Part shown: positions 56,401-64,000 of the stretch, piece by piece
How positions within the stretch are numbered: position 1 is the first letter of the stretch
Layout of the letters: the number at the start of each line of letters is the position of its first letter
Origin: Zootoca vivipara
Lineage: Eukaryota
Assembly: GCF_963506605.1 (NCBI RefSeq)
Contig: NC_083276.1
Coordinates: 48,732,001-48,796,000, forward strand
Direction: 5' to 3'
Length of the DNA: 64,000 bases
Translations under genes and position numbers: made by a program
Notes under the pieces: model-generated
What the model was told of the DNA's origin: nothing
Seen by the model: only the letters and a program-made list of their open reading frames with translations
Database searches by the model: none

Positions 56401-59400
56401 ACTGTGAAGAAATCTATTTATATAATTTTACTTACTACTTTAGTGAGGGCAGATAAATGACTTCCCTTTTTGTTCTTCTCTTAGCTGTGGAAGACAGGAA
56501 ACTGTTCATTGGGATGATCTCAAAGAAGTGCAATGAAAATGATATCAGAATGATGTTTTCCTCCTTTGGGCAGATTGAAGAATGCAGAATTCTACGGGGT
56601 CCTGATGGCCTAAGTCGAGGTAAGCATAGGGAGCAGGTATGAAACTGTTGATCGTTTTAGAGATCTCTCACACCCAAAGTATCTTACTGGAAAGCATTTG
56701 TAATTTTTGAAGTCAGCAGAATGTCTACCTCCGCTTTTTTTGTAAAAGGTTTATGTAAACTTAGCAAGTGAATTTGATCCTATTATCTTCCCAGGTTGTG
56801 CTTTTGTGACTTTTACAACAAGAGCTATGGCACAAACAGCAATCAAAGCAATGCACCAAGCACAGACCATGGAGGTAAGAAACTTTATTTAGAGTAACTG
56901 GGATAGTTTGCATTGAGCATTCAAGGGCCTTAACGGTTGGAAAGAGCAGAAGGTTCTGTATGTGCAGCAATGCCAGATTTCTACAACTTTGAAGTTTTCT
57001 AAGTGTTGCGGTATTGTTTCTTGGTTTGAACCCCCGCTACAGTGGTGCCTCGACTTACGAATTTAATCCGTTCCAAAGGCACCTTCATAGGTCGAAAAAT
57101 TCGTAAGTCGAAAAGCGCCATTGGAAATGTGATTTCCCATAGGAATGCATTGGAAACAGAAAAATTCGTAAGTCGAAGCAACCCCATCTAAAAATTCGAA
57201 AGTCGAAAAAACCCATCTAAAACCGCCACAGTTTCCGTTCGGATGTTGAGAAATTCATAAGTGTGCGGCCATTTGCCCTATTCGTAAGTCGAGGTACCAC
57301 TGTACTGGCACTCCCACACATATCTCCAATTTTATAAGAAATTAGATAAGATACATTAACATTAAAACACTGGAAAACTGGGCTAGAATAGATGCAAGGA
57401 GATTGCTTTAATAAGATTGGTGTATTTTTCTAAATGATCAGAGTTATTTGTGGCATTTGGAGGTAATGTATAAAGTATAACTATGTGAATTGATATTTCA
57501 GGGATGCTCTTCTCCCATCGTGGTGAAATTTGCAGATACCCAAAAGGATAAAGAACAGAAACGAATTGCACAGCAACTCCAGCAGCAGATGCAACAAATC
57601 AGTGCTGCATCAGTTTGGGGAAACCTGGCTGGACTGAACACACTTGGACCCCAGTATTTAGCAGTGAGTTTCCCTGGCAGTTTCTGTGCAAAATCATTTG
57701 GTTTATCCACAATAATTACTTGTAGCAGAAGAATCCTTGTGCTGGTGTTCTGTTGCAAAATTTGTTGTTTCATGGGCAAGTTGGTGAGTGTAGGTGATTA
57801 AGTTGCTACCATTTAGCAGCATTTGCATGCTCAGGTTGGTGAGGAGGGATCTGTCACTGTTTCATGAGGACTGAAGTACTGGCCTTCTAAAGGTTTTCAT
57901 GTGGCATAAATACAGAAAGGAGCCTTTATTTTCTGTGTTTAGTATGTGTGTAGTGTTTTCTGTGGGGTGAGGCATTTTTGCAATTACACAGTCAGTGGCA
58001 CACTAGCCCATGAATTGAGAGAGAACATTTGGCATGCAATTGTGTGATCAGTGAGATCTCACCCTTTTAATGGTATTTGGGAATGCTATTGCTTTGTGTG
58101 CTGCTTGATATGGTCCTGTTTGAACAGTGGCTATTCCACTTAGAACGGCGCTCTGGCTGTGGTGTAGTGCAGTGTCTCCAGAAGTGGAGCCAGCCCTCAT
58201 TCTCACTCTTGTTCTGTTTTTGGTGTAATGTCTAGCTTTATTTACAGCTCCTTCAGCAGACAGCGGCTGCCTCCTCTGGAAATATGAACACACTGGGCAG
58301 CCTCCACCCAATGGGAGGTGAGTGTTTTCTTCCTTTGCCCCTAGGTTCAATGTCATATTGAAAAAGAATCATGAGAAGGCTGTTAAGAAAGTGTGGTATG
58401 ATATACCGTACTAATGTCAGTGAAGATGGCTCTCAGTTGCTTATGACAGAGAAGAGTCCAGAATTGAATTTTTACTCGTCTCTCTCTACTGCCTCTTCAT
58501 TATTTCTAGGGATTTTATTTCAAATGTGCAGGAAGTGTTTTAAATGCAGAGGTAAGAAGTACAGTTGCAGTTAAGTGACTGTCCAACTCATGTTCCTCAT
58601 TCTCAGACATATTTAATATACGGTATCTACTTTTCTATCTATTCTGGAAATTTTGTAATTGTCAGACAATAATAGGAAAAATATTGCTTCACTTTATATA
58701 GTGAATTTCAAGCTGTGTTTAATTTTAGAATCTACATATGTCTAGCTCAGTAATGTGGATTTTCTGTGGGAGGGGAATCAATTGGAATTTATTTATTTTT
58801 GGGGAGGGGGATTCAGTTTGCAATAGAAATTTTTCTAGAGTAACTTAATTTGGCATGTTTGTTTTTACTTGTATTTCGTAAATAAAGCTTTAAAAATAGA
58901 AAGTGGCACCCATTCATTGTTACTAATGAACCTATAAAATTAAGAATATTCACAGCAAAATAAAGCACCAGAAAACTTCAGAATTTTTTCCACCTCACAT
59001 CACTTGTCTAGCATCTATGCTTTGTGTGTTTGAGCAATCTGTTGTATCTCTTGCAGCTAATAGCTTCTTCTTTTTTAAGAATGGAGAAAATTAGCAAAGT
59101 AAGGCAAAAAAAAAAATCCTGTCCCAGTACCTACAAAAGCTTTCATGTCAGACTATTAAATATAAAGTAATTTTTAAAATCTTGCTTTTGAACAAGAGAC
59201 TACAATCATCAGTGAAGAGCCACAGCTATCTTTAATACGCTTTTCATTTGAAAGTATTAAGGGTAATGGAGAAGAACCATATGGAACAATATTGTAAAGG
59301 ATAAAAATGTATAAAATTAGATGGTGCATATCTCATAAACTGAACTAGAGGTAGGATGACAGGTTAATGTCAATACGTGAATAAGGAGAAGAACGTACAG

Positions 59401-62400
59401 CTGTGTGGTCAGCACTGAATGTATACACTATATCAGGCATGTCCAACAGGTAGATTGTGATCTACTGGTAGATCACAGGGTGTTCCCGGTAAATCCTGGT
59501 TGATCTCTAGCCCCCCAGCGATCTAAAAAAAACCCCACAACTTTGGCTTTCTAAAAAAGCTCCACAATTTTGGCTTTCTCCAAAAAGCTCCACAACTTTT
59601 GCTTCCCAAAAAAAGCTTAAAAACCTTGGGTAGATCACTCCTAGTTTTTTTTTCCAACAATGGTTAGATCACTGTCAGTTTTTTAATACTGTGAGTAGAT
59701 CGCAGTCTATTGGGAGTTGGATGTCCCTGCACTATATGAAACAAATTAATGTAGGTGTCTTGGTTGGTGCTTTAGTTGTGATTCCTGCATTGCAAGAGGT
59801 TGGACTAGACCCTTAGGATCCCTTCCAACTCTGCAATTCTATGAATCACAATCATTTGAGTTATGCTTTTTCCAGACGAGATACTACAGAGGCCCTCTTT
59901 AACATGCTGCATTCACAGGGATTTCAAGTCATTGGCAGTTGTAACTTGGAAATGTCGGACAGCATGATCAAGAACTCCTGCACCATTTAGGTTAAGTTCC
60001 TGGAGGGGTTATGGAATCATAGAGTTGTAGAGTTGGAAGGAACACCGAGGGTCATCTAGTCCAACCCCTCGCAATGCAGGAATCTTAACTAGATCATATA
60101 TGACAGATGGTCACCCAACTGCTGCTTAAAAACTTCCAAGGAAAAAGAGTCCACCAACTCTTGTGAGAGTCTATCCTACTTAGAATAGTTCTTACCGTCA
60201 GAAAGTTTTTCGTGATATTTAGGTGGAATTTTGTTTCTTTTCACTTGAATGCATTGGTTCAGTTCCTAAGCTTGTTCTATCTTCCATGTAACTGGCCATT
60301 AGATATTTGAAGATGGCTATCATACCTTCTCACAGTCTCCTCTTTACCAGGCTAAACATTCCCAACACCCTCATAATGCTTGGTTTCCAGACCCTTTATC
60401 ATCTTGGTCACCCTCTGCACGTGTTCTAGCTTGTCAGTGCCCACAATTCATCCTGATTTGCTTGCACCAGGCTTACACAGATGTTAGACAATGTTTAGTC
60501 TTCATTGAGCATTCATTCTGATTTGTTTGTGATGAGCTTTTATGTCAATGAACATTCATCCTGCATTCATCTTGAGTTGCTTGCAGAGTGGTTAAATATC
60601 TTCCCATTAATCCCACACTTTTTAGTGCATTTCCTTATCATTTTACTAACTGCAAAAGTCTTGCTTTTGTCTGACCTTTGCCTATGCTATGAATGTTGGA
60701 AGATTCAGGACAGATAAAAGAAAGTACTTTGTCACTCAGCACATAGTTAAAATATGTATCTCACTCCCACAGGAAATAGTAAGGGCCTTCAACTTGGATG
60801 ACTTTAAAAGAGGATTAGACAGATTCATGCAAGATAGGGCTTTCAGTAACTACTAGCCATGATGGCTGTGTTCTGCCTCCATGGTCAGAAGCAGTATACT
60901 GAATTCCAGTTGCTGGAAACTGCATGAGAGAAAAGTGCTGTTTGCGCTTGGGTCCTGCTTGCAGGTTACAGTCACCTGATTGGCCACTGTGTGAACAGGA
61001 TGCCGGATGAGATGGTCATTTGCCTGATCCAGCAGGCTCCCCTTACGTTGTTGCCCTGTAAGTGAGAATATTAGTAGATGTGTTTCCTTGCATCAGGAGT
61101 TTGTGGTGCTTGAGAATGTTAGGCTTCACACTCCTCCATAAAGCAACTTCTGAATGCTGTTGGAGAAATAGGCTGCTGGGTTCACCAGTGATTTAGTGCT
61201 TAGTGGTACCAGAACATAAACACTATTCATTGATGTGTTGCAGGATTGAATGCAATGCAGTTACAGAACCTAGCTGCATTAGCAGCTGCAGCCAGTGCAG
61301 CTCAGAGCACACCAAGTGGTACCACTGCACTCAATTCTTCTAACAGCCCTCTAAGTGTGCTCACCAGTTCAGGTAAGAAAGCCATGTCTTGATATAATAC
61401 GGTTTTGCATATCTTAAGGCCACATGACAATAGAGCCAGCTACTCATTAAATCATAAGCTTTTTTGTGGGGAGACTTGATTAGTCCTGCCTCCCCAAAAC
61501 ACATTTCTGCTGTTTACACAACATGAAACAAATCAGTGTAGATGCCTTCAGCATATGTGGTATATGTTGCATCTGTAAATAAAATGCAGTTCTGCTTAAC
61601 ATGTGAAGTAGTACTCAAACATCGAAGCCATCTTCAACAAGAAGGTGTTCTTTTTTGGAATATAGTTAATCTTCTCTCCTGTGTTCTGATTCTCCAATTT
61701 TCAGCTTGCTTTAGATTATTGCAGGGTCAAGTGGAATTGAGAGAAGGGTTGCATAGCATAATTAGTTGGGAGAAAATAATTTGCATTCTGAGCACAGATG
61801 CAGGCACACCAGGCCATGTTTCCCAAGTGCGGTGCTGTACTTTGATATATGGAAATGAATGGTGACTTTGAAGGAAATTAAGGGATTTCATTCAAGGACT
61901 TCATGAGAGAGAATGGAAACTAAAGTGGTCCCAGTTATCTAGCAAGTCTGATGCCAGAGTAGGAGTGGGAAACGTTTTTCAACCTGAGGGTCACATTCTC
62001 TCATGGGCAGCCTTCTGGGGCCTGCATACCAATGATGAATGGGATAATGGATGTGACTCTCTATCTTTGTACAGTAGGCTACAGTCCAGTCACGCAAAAG
62101 GTCAGATGTTTCGACACATGCATCTCTCCATCCAGTCAAGCAAGAGGTATTATTACAGCCAGGCAAGAAGAACTAGAGGAGGGTGTGGAGCAAGGCTTTG
62201 AAGGGCTGTGGCCTGTGAAGAGCCCTAAGAGCCTGATAGAGAGGCCTGGATGGCCACTTTGGTCCTGGACCAGACACCCCCCACCTCTGTGCTAGAGTGT
62301 AGGAAAGGGGGAGTACTTGGGAACTGATTGGGTATATCATGATCGACTACTGAGCAGTCAACTGTTCTGAGGTAGTAGAACTCAAATCTCAGTAATGCAG

Positions 62401-63533
62401 CATGGTACAAATTCCTGTCAGATCAGCTTCCATTGTGCATGCATCAACATGTCTAGCTGCCAGTTGATCAGGGCAAGTATTCCCAGCCTCTGTTGAGCAA
62501 GGCACCCAATACTGCGCAGGTCCCTATCCAGAGGTCTCATTTCTACTGTGGTTTCCAAGCAGATTACCAAACAACAAAGGTCCCTTCTCAGCAGTCCTGC
62601 TGGTTTTTTATTTCCTCCATACACCATACAAATGAGAGAGACTCCATCTCCCAAGGCATCTGTTTATTTCAGAGATTCTGAGGAGGAAATTGGTGATGAC
62701 CTCAAATAATGGCTGGCTTGTAAACTATGCCAACATTCGTGGACCCCTGCGTGCCTTAGTGTCTAGGCACAAGGTTACCAGTGAAACAGGCTTTGAGGTT
62801 TGCATGCCCCAAGATTAACATGTACTAATATGCTCAGAGTTCCATACGATAAAGTGAAACATGATTAAATCTGAATTTTCTGGGGTCATAGGAGTTTACA
62901 GCTGGTCAGATCCCAGGGCTTCCATTTTGTATACAAATACACTGCTGTACACCATTGGGGAATTTTAAGTTTTGGTATTTTAACTATCCTTGTTATAAAT
63001 TACTGAACCTTCAATACATTTTTTAGTGCACATTTTGGAGAAAGTAGTAAGATGTGACTGTGTTGGAAGCAGCTATTGGTGTCTAATGCTTTCATTTTAA
63101 TAGCAGGATCATCACCCAGTTCCAATAGCAGCTCCTCTGTTAACCCAATGGCTTCTCTTGGAGCACTACAAACACTGGCAGGGGCTACTGCAGGCCTCAA
63201 CGTTGGCTCTTTAGCAGGTATGTTTAGCATGAAGAAAAGAATGAGCCCTTTGCTCCAGTTGCCTCTCAGCTTCCCTTAATAATAACATATGATTTTAAAA
63301 CTGGTTGACAAATCAATCACTGACATTTATTCAAATTTTCTGCTTAGGAATGGCAGCCTTAAACGGTGGACTAGGCAGTGGTGGTCTCTCAAATGGCACA
63401 GGGAGCACTATGGAGGCCCTAACTCAGGCTTATTCTGGGATCCAGCAATATGCCGCTGCAGCTTTGCCCACACTTTACAACCAGAGTCTCTTAACACAGC
63501 AGAGTATTGGTGCAGCTGGAAGTCAAAAGGAAG
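47368..63533 (+). CDS. CELF1: CUGBP Elav-like family member 1 (CUGBP1), partial: N-terminal extension, RRM1, RRM2, divergent domain; continues past the right edge
   Basis: Exons 47368-47438, 52911-53098, 54493-54575, 55308-55356, 56485-56619, 56795-56874, 57502-57663, 58236(58248)-58317, 61244-61372, 63104(63107)-63217, 63348-63533; all GT-AG and phase-consistent. Protein begins [52 protein letters not shown]. Confidence 0.97.
52057..52291. mobile_element. Tc1/mariner-superfamily (Tc2/pogo-like) MITE
   Basis: 25-bp TIR CCCTGTTTCTCATATTTTAAGACAT (2 mismatches), TA TSD, internal AAAATAAG(C/A)CAT repeats. Confidence 0.85.
52911..53098 (+). CDS. CELF1: CELF1 exon with canonical ATG (52921) and RRM1 start
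   Basis: [62 protein letters not shown]. Confidence 0.98.
54493..54575 (+). CDS. CELF1: CELF1 exon (RRM1)
   Basis: (G)[27 protein letters not shown]. Confidence 0.97.
55308..55356 (+). CDS. CELF1: CELF1 exon
   Basis: [16 protein letters not shown]. Confidence 0.97.
56485..56619 (+). CDS. CELF1: CELF1 exon (RRM2)
   Basis: (A)[44 protein letters not shown]. Confidence 0.97.
56795..56874 (+). CDS. CELF1: CELF1 exon (RRM2)
   Basis: (G)[26 protein letters not shown]. Confidence 0.97.
57040..57302. mobile_element. Tc1/mariner (Tigger-like) MITE
   Basis: TIR CAGTGGTGCCTCGACTTACGAA / TTCGTAAGTCGAGGTACCACTG, TA TSD. Confidence 0.9.
57502..57663 (+). CDS. CELF1: CELF1 exon
   Basis: [54 protein letters not shown]. 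Confidence 0.97.
58236..58317 (+). CDS. CELF1: CELF1 exon with alternative acceptor (+/- LYLQ)
   Basis: tctag|CTTTATTTACAG|CTCCTTCAG; [LYLQ][23 protein letters not shown]. Confidence 0.95.
59434..59729 (+). mobile_element. hAT MITE family copy 4
   Basis: CAGGCATGTCCAAC / GTTGGATGTCCCTG; TSD CACTATAT both sides. Confidence 0.9.
60014..60440 (-). mobile_element. CR1 LINE 3' fragment
   Basis: aatcatagagttgtagagttggaagg…ggtcatctagtccaacccc reverse CR1 tail. Confidence 0.75.
60705..61050 (+). mobile_element. CR1 LINE 3' fragment
   Basis: ttcaggacagataaaagaaagtac…tttaaaagaggattagacagattcatg…cctgatccagcaggctc. Confidence 0.7.
61244..61372 (+). CDS. CELF1: CELF1 exon (divergent domain)
   Basis: (G)[42 protein letters not shown]. 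Confidence 0.96.
63104..63217 (+). CDS. CELF1: CELF1 exon with NAGNAG acceptor
   Basis: tag|CAG|GATCA; [A][37 protein letters not shown]. Confidence 0.95.
63348..63533 (+). CDS. CELF1: CELF1 exon preceding RRM3
   Basis: (G)[61 protein letters not shown]. Confidence 0.97.
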
Positions 63534-63789
63534 GTAGGTGAAAGACAGTGGCGGGAAGGTTGGTTCTCTAAGAGCTGGAGTCCTGTACTTTTGCAAGAGA
63601 CGGAAACAATAGAAACCACAGACAAACATTATGTTAAAATATCAAATATTTTGGCTCCCTGGCCTCAAATGTCTAATGAACATAGACTGTTTCCACTAGC
63701 CTTTGGCTATTGTTACCCATCCAGGTACACTCTCTCTATATATGTATATATACACCATATATATATATGAATAAGTATGTATGTATAAG

Positions 63790-63939
63790 ACGACTAGGCA
63801 TATAAGATGACCCCCAACTTTTTAAAATAGAGTTTGGGATATACTCGCCGTATAAGAAATATTGACCCGGCGTATAAGACGACCCCCGACTTTTGAGAAG
63901 ATTTTCCTGGGTTAAAAAGTAGTCTTATACGCAGGAATA

Positions 63940-63941
<2 letters not shown>
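63790..63941. mobile_element. Partial Tc2-like DNA transposon end
   Basis: Repeated GCGTATAAGACGACCCC-type units ending agtcttatacgcaggaatata. Confidence 0.55.

Positions 63942-63973
<32 letters not shown>
63942..63973 (+). repeat. (GT)16 microsatellite
   Basis: Perfect GT run. Confidence 0.95.
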
Positions 63974-63975
<2 letters not shown>

Positions 63976-64000
63976 CTTTCACTGGGCTAACAGGTGCATT

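Overview
This is vertebrate genomic DNA from a squamate reptile, most likely a lacertid lizard, judged from Sauria/POM-type and Squam-type SINEs and lizard L1/L2/CR1 repeats. It carries the conserved syntenic block FAM180B(-, 5' two coding exons; rest lies off the left edge), NDUFS3(-, 7 exons, 255 aa), KBTBD4(+, 4 coding exons, 542 aa), PTPMT1(-, 4 exons, 218-235 aa) and CELF1(+, 11 coding exons through the divergent domain; RRM3 lies off the right edge). All exon boundaries were read by hand from GT-AG sites and checked for phase. Two CpG-island bidirectional promoters are present (NDUFS3/KBTBD4 and PTPMT1/CELF1). Introns and intergenic DNA are rich in transposons: SINEs, hAT and Tc1/mariner-type MITEs, a non-autonomous Helitron, a solo LTR, and L1/L2/CR1 fragments. 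The most unusual observation is two diverged, mutually homologous ~2 kb L1-like retroelements. They lack ORF2 and each keeps one intact short ORF (138 and 152 aa) for an acidic coiled-coil protein. One copy is full length with a poly(A) tail and a 20-bp TSD, so they are candidate 'mini-HAL1' parasites of L1. Other points of interest are a Ser-to-Phe change in the PTPMT1 catalytic P-loop, an OC1-like (horizontally transferred family) hAT element, a perfect 22-bp hairpin hiding a UGCAUG motif in a CELF1 intron, and a triple-nested TE. Repeat family names come from recalled consensus features, not a database search.
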